Origin: Styela clava
Lineage: Eukaryota
Length of the DNA: 64,000 nucleotides
NCBI RefSeq assembly: GCF_964204865.1
Contig: NC_135256.1
Coordinates: 11,160,001 to 11,224,000, forward strand
Direction: 5' to 3'
The notes under the pieces were generated by a model. The model had not been told where the DNA came from. It ran no database searches and was given only the letters and a program-made list of their open reading frames with translations. The position numbers and the translations under genes were made by a program. Below are positions 1 through 10,558 of this stretch, in pieces. Position 1 is the stretch's first letter. The number at the start of each line of letters is the position of its first letter.

Positions 1-54
1 TTTAAAAATACTGTATTAGCATAGTGTTGACCCACAGCCTCCCATTGCATTTGC

Positions 55-253
55 TTGTGGCTCGGCAATGTGTCGCATTGCGTCAAGCGTTAGATTACAG
101 TTCGCGAGTTCACAAGTTCGAATCCCATGCAGGAATAATTATGTGCGGAAGATTGCTGGACTCCTCACTGCAGTAGGCCCATAACCAACATGGACTGGTA
201 ACCGAACAAAAGGCTGAGGTTTGCCATCTTATAAATATGTAAATCCTATCCTA
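55..253 (+). mobile_element. Degenerate SINE copy
   Basis: GTGGCTC..AGTTCGAATCCCATGCAGG..GATTGCTGGACTCCTC..TAAATATGTAAATCCTATCCTA. Confidence 0.8.
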
Positions 254-504
254 TTGAATGCTGGCTAGTATAGAAGAAAAGAAATGTTAGATGGAAAGAC
301 TGCAATAGGCTAACCTTTATGTTAACCAACCTCATTATAAAATAAGCAATACCTTAATTATAATCAAAACAAGATATTTAATTCTGAACCCCCATATTGG
401 ATAACTTGCTGTAACAAAAAAGCATGTTCCAAGAAGTTTGCCACAGTGACAAAACAGTCTAGATATCTAGTGCACCAAAAATAGTAGAGAATAAATTACA
501 ACAC

Positions 505-3500
505 CTCTTGAGTTACCGGTTTTTCTTCTACCTTCTCCTTATTCACTTCTACTTTCTCCTTATAATCTTCTGGAAATGCTCTTGTTCCCCATTTTACTTG
601 CACTCCATATATTTCAACCTTCAAACGTGGAAATGAGAATAAAAAACTGTATGTCAATTGTCAATGTATCGAACATCCTTCAAATTTCAAATTCTAATAT
701 TTGACAAATTTCACATTGTTGCATTTCAAATAAAGCAAAGTGTAAATAGTATGTTTCCCAGAAACAGGCATATCGAAACAACTATTCATTTTAACAAGAG
801 AGCGAAGCTCAAATATATGGACACAAAGTGGTATGGGTATGCAACCTGTCACAATGGGTACTGTAACGCAGATGAGCAGCAAATTTAAACTCACGCAAAA
901 GCAGAACTGTCAGAAATAGCAAAATTTTTAATTTTGATGATGTCATCGCACACAATAAAAGAATGCCATGGAGACCACAGAAATTTTTAAAATTAAATAA
1001 GATAGCGAAAAATACAATCTTTAACCACTGAAAATTTCGAAGCAATTGGTCCGGGAGCTAATGAGACCCGACGATTTCACAAGAAGAAGAAGAAGGAAAG
1101 AAATACTAACATGATGACCAACAACAACAACAAAATAACAAGACGATTCATAGGTCCACTTCGTGTCCGACTACGCAACTATGAACACTTTTATTAAACA
1201 TTAGCCTTGGAAGCGTTAAAGCGAGATTTTTCATTCAATTCTAAAGCCGTTAATACTCTTACCTACTTACAATAATAGGACGAATATACTGAATTATATC
1301 TCACATGTGTCACTAAAGCCCTGTATTGAGTTTTTGGTTTGAACTTGATTTCATCTCCTGAAATCCACTGAACGTTTTTAAAAACTTTTGAAGGAGCTCG
1401 AACAAATTGTCCAGGATAGTATGGTGACAAGTTGAAGTCGCCCTGATGGTGAAAATATAGATCAGCATGGATGAATTTTAAAGTTTTATAATTAGATAAA
1501 TTAAATTTAAAAAGCATTAGAACAGAGGTGAGCAACAAGCTGGCCAAGCCATTTAGTGGGGCCCTTGTTACTGTAAGGCTAAGCGATAGCAGCAAAAATA
1601 TTGCCACCTGCATTAGACCAATGTAAACCAACCCAACTAAATACTAATTTTTTTAAAACATATCACAAATATGATCCTTTTTATCAATAAAAAATATCAC
1701 ATTTTACACAAACGAAAAGTTGATATTGGAAACTGTGGGCCATTAGATTGTTTTCAAATATTTATTGACGCTATATTGCACCTGCATCAGAAATTGACAG
1801 TGTCATGTAGAAATGTTCTGGAACCTTCTACATGGTGTTGCAAGCCCATATGTTTTCATAACACAGTGGAAAAAATCACAACACATTAACTTGTTATTGT
1901 TGCACTAGAGACCTCACATGATAGCATCGTAACATTTTGGAAATGTGCCAAATTGAATTATTTGCCTCTATCAACAAATACACTGATTTATATCGCCATG
2001 CTGTTAAATTAATATCTTGCACATGTGCCGTATTTTCGGGGTTTGCCTCTTGCAGATAATGAATGTGATATTTTGTATTGAAACTGTAAATCTTGATGAG
2101 AGCATTTTGATTCTATCTAGATTTATTGCGATTAAATATGATTTTCTATCAACTCACTTCATCACTGGGATGAGGATAAACATCACTGATGAGATCTTCA
2201 TCATCAATATTTTCAAGATCCAATTTTCCTCTAAAAGCATGAAAATTTCGACAATTTAAAAAAATTACTGCTGATGATATTGAATTCTATACAAGATGAT
2301 AGATAATTTACTAATCAAACAAGACAAGCTACATAGCATAAATAATTTACCATATAAGACTAGAAGTCTGTCTGACCAGGACGAAAAGGAAAATCAAATA
2401 TTACCATATCAAATATATATAAAATCATAAAATATCGTCTTAGCAACTGTTACTTTTCACGCATATTTTTGTATTTCTAAAAATGAAATGTTTTATACAA
2501 AATAGCATTGGAATAATTTGCTATAGGCTATCAATAAATACAACGCAGTATTTTAATACTATTGATCATGGTTCATGGATGTTCAAAATGAATCAAATAT
2601 TTGAATCAATTCTCAGTTAAATATTTGATTATATCCAATACTTTGAATTCTAGTTCAGGGTATGATTAAAATAGTTCATTTTCAAATTTAGGTCTCACAG
2701 CATGACCAAAAAGTATTTCATTTTTTTTTACCTGAAAACTAATGAAAACAAGATCGTATTAAATCGTTAATTATCTTAATGTTCATATTTGCGAAAGGAC
2801 AAACTAAATATTTTTGTCAACAAAAGATAGGTAATAAAAAACTGCAGCAAAGAGGAACTATTTTCTCTGTATCAGATTAGTAGCTTAGCCCTCTGAAGTT
2901 TTCAAAACTTAAATTTTCATACCTTCCTCCATTGCTGAATTTAAGTTGAAGTTTTTGAAGAACAAGTTGAACTCGGCCCAACCATGGTCCATATGATACC
3001 ATGTCATCATCTTGAAATGCCTTGACAGAACATAAACAAATGAATTCAATTTTGTACATGAAATATCCACAAAATATACCACGAGATATATTGAAATATT
3101 ATTCACAAAGAATTGAAATACACTCAGTCTTACACGCAAGTTTAATTCTTGGATTGACCCAGTGCACATGGAACCATTAACACATCAAAGACAGAGGAAT
3201 AGCAGCTAGTGGCATGACACTCAATCAACAAGTAAATAGAATGCATGTTCGAAAAAGTGTCACAACAAAATAATTCAACTTACCACTATTGGTAAAAATT
3301 CTGAAACATTTACTTTCTTCAATATTTTTGTGGTTCCAACTACTCCTATATCACCCATCACTTTCGTTTTGATTGCTGTACCGAGCTTAAAAAGGCATAA
3401 TCATTGAGTTTTAACATTGAAATGACTGTACAAAATTTACATAGAAGTATAGAAAGCACATAAAAACCCTAAACACGAACAGCAATAAGTCAATTTGAAT

Positions 3501-4982
3501 CTAATTTAGCATTAATCAATGTTTATGCATATTGAGTGCAAATCATATAAATACAGTAGTTATAGTATTCGAGTATGATGAAGATTTTAATCAAGTTTGA
3601 AATAGTAGTTCGAACAAAAAAACAAGTCATCTATTGAAAGAGCTTCGAACTATTTTGTTCAAACTTCCCTTTTTTCTTTTAAAACTTACCGGTGTGTATT
3701 TAGGATAGGATAGGATTTACATATTTATCACGGGGGAGATGAAAGTCGATAAGACGGCTTAATCATATGGCTGTTGTTAAAAAGATATATCAGTTTTAGT
3801 TATTTCATTTTTCAGGGGCATAGACTTGATGGTGGAGGAAGCCATGACCGACCAGCGGTAGCGTGAACCACCCTACGGCGGCGAGGAGTCCAGCAATCCT
3901 CTCACACATGATCATCTCTGCATGGTATTCGAACCTGCGATCCCACGAAGGGTAATCAGAGATGCGGTGGCGAGCGTATTCCTAACACATAGCACGATGC
4001 GCCACACCGCTGCGCCGTTAAATTCCATTTAACGATTTATTCACTGACTTCACTGAAAGTCGATGCAATCAGGCAATCAAGAGTATTTTACCAAGAAAAA
4101 AAATCTCCAGATAGGCAGAAGTAACAAAATTGCTTTCACGTTTTTAATTCAAAAATTGACTGAAAGTCATACCTGATACCCATTTCTAATACGAACAACA
4201 TCTCGTGGAAGACAGGATCGATCAACAACTTGAAGCTGAAAATATACATAAAAAATATCCGTGAAATGTTTAAAAATGTTTATAAAGTTTTTGTTATGTT
4301 GTGATTCGTACCTGAGATTCTTTTACAACTTCATCTTTACCATCAGGATACCATGTAACTCTGATGAATCCTTTATCTAAAGGAGTCGTTGCCAAATCCT
4401 CAAACTCAGAATCTGATGATTCTTCAGAATCATCCATTCCTACAGTATATGGTTAAGAAAATAATTAATGCATAAATGTGATAAGAGTTATGCAAAGTAT
4501 TGAAAGGAGCTTCAATGAAATGGTCAAGACCTGCATTATAACCAAAGTAAACTTACTTTATTATATTAGATTATATCAATCTTATTTCAGAATTATGATC
4601 AAATCAAAAACGCTAAATTCTGAGATCATGATTCTATTTGTCATTGAGCTTGAGAAAATTTGAGTCGGACAAATTTAAAATATATTTAAGCTGTTACAGT
4701 GTTATTTGCATGTTATAATTTATTTTGTCCATGTATGTATGGCCAGTAATATCTGTAAATGCTGATTCGGTAGGGCAATAATACTTTGTTCTTGACCCAT
4801 AACATAATTTTCAACTATAACAAACTACTCAAAGTAGAAGCACTGTACATTTTTTGCAAGACTGTAAGCTAAGATTGCAGACTTAACTTACCCCCAACTT
4901 GTTCCACAACAGCAAATTTGACAATTCCATTTCTTGATTTTCCAAAAACTAAATCATTCGGAAAAACCGAATGTTCAGACAT
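505..4982 (-). CDS. UBE2O: E2/E3 hybrid ubiquitin-protein ligase UBE2O, 5' portion (gene continues off the left edge). Exons approx. 4982-4892, 4439-4312, 4235-4173, 3385-3284, 3020-2923, 2230-2158, 1442-1305, 618-~505
   Basis: Manually spliced GT-AG exons give MSEHSVFPNDLVFGKSRNGIVKFAVV..GFIRVTWYPDGKDEVVKESQLQVVDRSCLPRDVVR..DDMVSYGPWLGRV..YYPGQFVRAPSKVFKNVQWISG. This is colinear with the UBE2O N-terminal region as I recall it (FSHDLV..VRVQWYPEG..DRSVVPRDVVR..YPGQVLIGPAKIFSSVQWLSG). Confidence 0.88.
3701..4017 (-). mobile_element. tRNA-derived SINE, older copy with an internal replacement, in a UBE2O intron
   Basis: Head (..TTCGAACCTGCG..GCGAGCGTATTCCTAAC on +), core and tail (AGGATAGGATAGGATTTACATATTTATC on +) match the family. 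Confidence 0.88.
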
Positions 4983-4984
4983 TT

Positions 4985-5042
<58 letters not shown>

Positions 5043-5307
5043 ATTCCACAATGTGGTTTATGCAATATATAAAAATCATAAAATAATAAATGAACAACAA
5101 TAACCAAGTATACAAAAATAACAAAGCATTTCATTACAGTCCATTGATTGTATTGTCCATAGTATCCCATTGCCATTGATATGTCCATCATGTAATTTCC
5201 ATAATCCATAATGTTTGATCATTATTTATATTTTTTAGTATTAATTATTAAAAAAAAAAATTTTAATATCTATTAGTTTTGATACTATATATCACATAGT
5301 TAAAAAT

Positions 5308-8300
5308 TCACAAGTTATTATAAATGATATCTAGTTCTCTTGTAAAATTAGGATATTGTCTCAACTTTTCTATATTTCTTCTTGCTATAAGTGACTTCTT
5401 AATTTTCATGATTACATTGCTAACATTTGGATTAACTTTTTGAAAAATTACTGTATTCCTTTCAAGCCAAATTTTGTGTCTGGCAGTGCAAAATAATAAT
5501 ATTATAGCATTCCGTTCTATTTTGGACAAATGTGAATAACATAGGTGAGTTAAATCTAGTAAAATACAAGTCTTGTAATTATTATTCAGTACACAATGAT
5601 TGATTTTTAATGCAACAGAAAAAATATAATCAAAAACATTTTGCGTAAAAGGACATTTCCAAAATAAATGAGAAACAAACTCAGGTTCTTGTGTGCAAAA
5701 CACACATAAATCATTCCCAGAAATATGTTTAATTCTGGGCTTTACTTTAACAGAAAGAATATCCCACATTAATTTAAAATTGAAAGTTTTTATGTTATTG
5801 GACAATATCTTACAATGTATTTCAGAGCAGGCTCCTTCAATTGTACCATTACGAAGAAATACAATTCTGTTTCCGCCCTTCAATTTATTCACAATTTTAT
5901 TATATAGTACCCTATGTTTTCCTTGTTTTAAATCATCCCCGGTTATGTTATATTGTCTAAGAAAATTAAGCAACTCTCCATAATATTTATAAGGAAAAAA
6001 AGCATGTGTCACATTATTATTAATCGGTAAATTAAGTAATAAACAAAGTTGTTGTCCAATATTATATTCAATAATATTGAATACTGATTGTCTACAATAC
6101 TCAATTTTGTTACTAATCCTATCACAATAATAGTCGAATGCAGCCATTACATATAAACACATAGTAAATAAAGGAATATTTATCATGTCATAGCCTCCAA
6201 CAGCCTTGTTTTTGCACAGTGTCTCAATTTTCAATATGTTTCTGCCATTAAATATAAACTTTTCTACAATTTCATTCACTTGTTTTGCAATTTTTAATGG
6301 GATGGGATATAATCTTGCACAGTATAAAAACAAAGGTAGAATTTTCAATTTTATTATCAGACATTTTCCATCTAATGATAATGGAATATTTGAAAGTTCA
6401 TCTATTACAGTTTTTGCATTATCTAAACAGTATTGCCAGTTTTCATCGCTGGTATCATGATTTGAAACCACCACTCCAAGTATGTTTAAAGTCAAGACAA
6501 CAGGTACTTGTGAAAAAAAATTAGGATTGCTCCATATTCCTAATTTTAAAAGTTTAGTCTTCTCTATGTTCAACTTCATTCCAGTTGCTAATTTGAATCT
6601 TGTCATCAAATCCATTGCAGAATATACAGAGCTTTTGTTACATAGAGTCAATGTGACATCGTCTGCATAACTAATGTGTTTAATTTCTCTGTTGTGTGGT
6701 ATTTTTAAGCCAATAATTTCTTTATGGGAATTAATTTTAATTAGGAGAGGTTCAATTGCTATGATAAATAAAAATAAACTTAACGGATCTCCTTGACGAA
6801 TTCCTCTATCAAGCTTTATAGTTTCGCTTAAGTATCCATTCATAATCACTCTGGTTTCCGATTCCTTGTATAATGTCTGAATTAATTTTATAAATTTATC
6901 TTTAAAACCGAATTTTTGAAGCACTTGGAAAAGGTAATCAAGGTCAACACTATCAAAAGCTTTGTTAAAATCCAACGAGATTAATGACGATTCTCCATGT
7001 TTATTATGTTCTTGAGTACATAAATCCCTCAACAAAATGAGATTTTCAGATATTCTTCTTCCCGGAATTGCATACTGATGTCTATCTATGATGTCAGGTA
7101 ATACACATTTTAACCTATTTGCCAATATTTTTGTAAAGATCTTATAGTCTGTATTCAATAATGCTATTGGTCTGTAATTTTCTATTTGGTCTGGTTCTCC
7201 CTTTTTATAAATTAAAGTAGTATATCCCAATTTCATGTCTTTTGTTATTTGACAATTTTCAAATATTTCTTCCAATACTTCAAAGAATTCTTTTTTTATG
7301 ATTTCCCAGCATTTTTTATAGAATTCAGCACTTATTCCATCAGGTCCTGGAGTCTTGTCTTCCTTGAGGGCTTTGATAGTTATCCAAACTTCATCCAAAT
7401 TAATAGGGGTCTCTAAAGTTTCTGCATCATATTCTTGTAATTTTATTGTTTCAGGAATATTTTCTATAAAAATCTTTTGGGTCTCCATATTGTTTTGTTG
7501 TTTTTTGTATAAATTTTGATAAAAATTTTTGACTATGGACATTTTTTCATATATTTTTTCTTGTGTGGTACCTTCTTCATTTTTCAATTTGGTGATATAA
7601 CATTCTTTGTTCTTTTTTCGCAGCTTTTTGAAAAAATACTTGTTGCATTTTTCATGTGTGTCATAATGTTGTGCTAAGTTTAAAATTCTAATTTTTTCAC
7701 TTTTTTGTCTTTGTTTTGAAATCAATTCTTTTTTTAATTTATTGAATGTAGTCAACACTTTATCTCCTCTATCTAATCTTTCTTTCAATTCTTCCAATTG
7801 TTTCATCCCTCTATTATATTCAGCTTTTGCTTCCCATGCTATTTTAATTGAATGTTTGATCACCAAATCTTTAATCTTTTTCTTTATTTCTTGCCACCAT
7901 TGAGTTTTTGTATCAAATAAAACTTTTAATGTGCACCAACTATTCCATTTGTTCTGGAAGTCTTCAATAAAACTTTGGTTATTATAGACTGAAACATTAT
8001 TTTTCCAAAATCCGTGTCCCTTTTCTTCCAATTTACTAATAATCTGAATATCGACCGAGTACATGTCATGATCCGAGTTATATGTTGGTGAACAATATAT
8101 GTTGGTTATATGACATAGCCTATGAGAACAATATAAACGATCTAATCTGGCTTGTATTGTGTTATTTCTCCAGGTATAGAAGGTATTACTATGAGAAAGG
8201 AAATCCACAGAATCGATCAAGTTAAAAGTTTCTACAAGGTCATTCAATGCTTCAGACACATATTCTTTCTTGGCTCTTTTATTACTTGTTCTATCTTTAT

Positions 8301-8760
8301 CTATATCATGAACACAGTTCATATCACCACCAAAAACTGTTGCATGTTGAGAATATAGGAATCTGTAAATACCGTTGTAAAAATTTTCCTGTATTCTAAT
8401 GTTAGTTCGACAAGGGGCATAAATATTAACCAAATGAATTTTTTCACCATGTATATCCACTTCAGCAGTAAGAACTCTTCCATCGTTGTCGAATGTGACA
8501 TTATAAAACGAAAAACTTGACATCTTTGATTTTAGTAATATAGCTACCCCTCTCGAGTTTGAATTACCATTATTCCATATGCTGGTGCCATGTCTCCATT
8601 CTCTACGCCATGTTAGTTCAACATCGGTAGTGCAGTGTGTCTCTTGGAGAAAAATTATATCTGCCTTTTTTTTTGATAATTCGAAGAATACATCTCTACG
8701 TTTTTGATTGTCTCTAAGGCCATTAACATTAAGTGTGAGAATCGTCAAATAAATTACCAT
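5308..8760 (-). CDS. LINE ORF2p: APE endonuclease + reverse transcriptase + C-terminal Cys/His motif (~1150 aa from the first ATG at 8760)
   Basis: Endonuclease motifs LNVNG, LQETH, NIYAP, GDMN, RLD, SDH; RT motifs PGPDG, YRPIALLN, DFNKAFD, GIRQGDPLS, YADD; C-terminal CVFC..E..HLFWKC. No stops or frameshifts. Confidence 0.97.
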   Translation of the reverse strand: MVIYLTILTLNVNGLRDNQKRRDVFFELSKKKADIIFLQETHCTTDVELTWRREWRHGTSIWNNGNSNSRGVAILLKSKMSSFSFYNVTFDNDGRVLTAEVDIHGEKIHLVNIYAPCRTNIRIQENFYNGIYRFLYSQHATVFGGDMNCVHDIDKDRTSNKRAKKEYVSEALNDLVETFNLIDSVDFLSHSNTFYTWRNNTIQARLDRLYCSHRLCHITNIYCSPTYNSDHDMYSVDIQIISKLEEKGHGFWKNNVSVYNNQSFIEDFQNKWNSWCTLKVLFDTKTQWWQEIKKKIKDLVIKHSIKIAWEAKAEYNRGMKQLEELKERLDRGDKVLTTFNKLKKELISKQRQKSEKIRILNLAQHYDTHEKCNKYFFKKLRKKNKECYITKLKNEEGTTQEKIYEKMSIVKNFYQNLYKKQQNNMETQKIFIENIPETIKLQEYDAETLETPINLDEVWITIKALKEDKTPGPDGISAEFYKKCWEIIKKEFFEVLEEIFENCQITKDMKLGYTTLIYKKGEPDQIENYRPIALLNTDYKIFTKILANRLKCVLPDIIDRHQYAIPGRRISENLILLRDLCTQEHNKHGESSLISLDFNKAFDSVDLDYLFQVLQKFGFKDKFIKLIQTLYKESETRVIMNGYLSETIKLDRGIRQGDPLSLFLFIIAIEPLLIKINSHKEIIGLKIPHNREIKHISYADDVTLTLCNKSSVYSAMDLMTRFKLATGMKLNIEKTKLLKLGIWSNPNFFSQVPVVLTLNILGVVVSNHDTSDENWQYCLDNAKTVIDELSNIPLSLDGKCLIIKLKILPLFLYCARLYPIPLKIAKQVNEIVEKFIFNGRNILKIETLCKNKAVGGYDMINIPLFTMCLYVMAAFDYYCDRISNKIEYCRQSVFNIIEYNIGQQLCLLLNLPINNNVTHAFFPYKYYGELLNFLRQYNITGDDLKQGKHRVLYNKIVNKLKGGNRIVFLRNGTIEGACSEIHCKILSNNIKTFNFKLMWDILSVKVKPRIKHISGNDLCVFCTQEPEFVSHLFWKCPFTQNVFDYIFSVALKINHCVLNNNYKTCILLDLTHLCYSHLSKIERNAIILLFCTARHKIWLERNTVIFQKVNPNVSNVIMKIKKSLIARRNIEKLRQYPNFTRELDIIYNNL

Positions 8761-8821
8761 TGTGAGAGTTCTTTTTCTTGTTTTTTTTTTTAAAAGTAGA
8801 TTTGACGTTTTAACAACAACT

Positions 8822-9964
8822 TTATTCACTCATATTGTGTATATAATCTTTAGCTTCTTTCATAGTCATTATCTTTTGTTTTCTAGATGTTTTCTTTTTT
8901 CTTGGTGGTGACCTTTCAATAGAAGAAGACTTGTCCACGGTTAACTGTGAATTTTCACCTTGGTTTTGTGTATGAGGTTCTAACAAATACAAAATTGTTT
9001 TTTCTGCTGTATTGGATTGCATTTCCTCTTCTTTATTCAATGTAATTATCTCACTATTATCCTCACTGATGTCAGACATATTTCCAAACATTTCTGGCAA
9101 AAGGGTTGGACTTATGGATGATTTCTCACTGTGATCTTCACTAATTTCGTTCGCGGGAGTGCTCTGGGTTGGATTATCATTTATCAATTGTTTTTTACTA
9201 ATGTTATTTTCAGTATTATCAATTTTGTTTTTTTCTACTTGTTTGGTAATCTTTTTAGCTTCATTGTCTATTTCCTTTTCAGTTTCGTCAACTTTGGTCT
9301 GTTCTGGATTCGGTGATCTTTGTCCTGTGTCTTTATATCTTTCTAATTTTGGAATGAAATATTCACAATTATTCATTATATGGCCAGCTTTGCCACAAAT
9401 ACGACATGTTGGGGTCTGCCCCCAATATCTGACAAAAAGTGAATGTCCTTTTAATTTTACGTAACTTTGAATTGGTTTTTTCATTAAATCGTCTTTTTTT
9501 ATAAAAAATCTTCGTATGCCATTTTTCATGTTGAACCTATCTTTCAATATAAGTACTTCTCCTATTGTTCCGTGATTTTCTTCAAAGTGTTCTTTAATTT
9601 CTTTATTTTCCATTGGGCATGGCACATTGTGTACGAATACTGCCACATTTTCCGGTACATAAAGTCTATGAAAAGGAAGTGTTTCTGCACCTACTTTTTT
9701 AAGCTCCCATAATTTCTTATCCACATCAATAGCTGTTGCTCTTGTTTTAAATGTTAAGTCCACCGTGTACCTGGACGTAAGTACAAATCCGTCCACAGTG
9801 TCGAATACAATATTCAGTTTTCTAAAAAATTGCCATATATCTTCTCTTCGAATTACTTTTTCATCATTAAATTTCAATGCCATGCACTTCGTTCTGTCTA
9901 ATGTGTTTCTCTCCTCCTCATCTTTTTTACGATTCTGTTTCAGTTTCTCAGAGTATAGAGACAT
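8822..9964 (-). CDS. LINE ORF1p (RRM-like region + CCHC zinc knuckle, acidic/basic low-complexity tail), Tx1-type
   Basis: Intact ORF directly upstream of ORF2. Contains VFVHNVP..I..HF...G.I (RRM-like) and Y.GQTPTCRICGKAGHIMNNC (CX2CX4HX4C). First in-frame ATG at 9964. Confidence 0.9.
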   Translation of the reverse strand: MSLYSEKLKQNRKKDEEERNTLDRTKCMALKFNDEKVIRREDIWQFFRKLNIVFDTVDGFVLTSRYTVDLTFKTRATAIDVDKKLWELKKVGAETLPFHRLYVPENVAVFVHNVPCPMENKEIKEHFEENHGTIGEVLILKDRFNMKNGIRRFFIKKDDLMKKPIQSYVKLKGHSLFVRYWGQTPTCRICGKAGHIMNNCEYFIPKLERYKDTGQRSPNPEQTKVDETEKEIDNEAKKITKQVEKNKIDNTENNISKKQLINDNPTQSTPANEISEDHSEKSSISPTLLPEMFGNMSDISEDNSEIITLNKEEEMQSNTAEKTILYLLEPHTQNQGENSQLTVDKSSSIERSPPRKKKTSRKQKIMTMKEAKDYIHNMSE

Positions 9965-10521
9965 CTTCGGACATCGTTTCACACTTTCAACAACAGGATT
10001 TTATTAAAGTTATAATTTAGATACTAATTATAGTTAAACTTAATCAAAATCCTTAAACGGAGACTTGACTTGACTTGACTGCGACTTTCGACCGATGAAC
10101 AGAAAAGTCTTTGTGAATTTCGATAGTTAGATCACTGCTTTTCGTTTTGAATACGATTGCTCAACAAACACCCTGCAATGAAGACAAAAGTCGAGCGCGA
10201 ACTGTCGTTCGCCGCATGTACTCGGGGAAATCCCAGCAACACAATCAAACAAAGTCAATCAAACCGCGTCGCATGGTGGCGAACATTAATTTCTCCTATT
10301 TAAATTCAGAAGTTCACCGCCGCTCAAATAAGCTGGCAAACAGGTTCAATTTTAGATATCAACTACTCAAGATGTTAAATATGTGGGCAACAGTTAGAAA
10401 CTTGAGTTTTATTAGACATATATGTTGATAGGTTTATTTATTAATAGATTTAAAAATGGTCGCTGTCTATGATGGAAATTTCTTCCTCAGCTTCGCCGGG
10501 GTCATAGCGTATTCCCAAACT

Positions 10522-10524
<3 letters not shown>

Positions 10525-10553
<29 letters not shown>
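10525..10553. repeat. (TA)n microsatellite
   Basis: About 14 consecutive TA units. Confidence 0.95.

Positions 10554-10558
<5 letters not shown>

Larger units (their letters stand above)
4987..10138 (-). mobile_element. Full-length L1/Tx1-clade non-LTR retrotransposon (5' end at ~10138, alternatively ~10289)
   Basis: Two intact ORFs, a ~270-nt 3' UTR and a pure 53-nt poly(A) tail (T-run 4987-5039). Candidate 5-bp TSDs: GAAAA (4982-4986 / 10139-10143) or AGAAA (4983-4987 / 10290-10294). Confidence 0.95.

Noticed and set aside
4869-5209. Poly-Lys ORFs (60 aa and 86 aa) in the ORF track
   Set aside because: These translate the LINE poly(A) tail and 3' UTR. Only the part from MSEHSV onward is real (UBE2O exon 1).
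9960-9982. GAAACG-ATGTCCGAAGAT at the ORF1 start resembles GAAA-ATGTCTGAACAT at the UBE2O start (possible long TSD)
   Set aside because: Several mismatches in an otherwise very young insertion, and it overlaps the ORF1 start. Probably chance or a shared start-context bias.
10125-10143. Whole LINE removed as a GC-AG cis-intron (AAAA|GCAGTG ... AAG|)
   Set aside because: The putative GC donor matches U1 poorly. Not supportable without RNA data.
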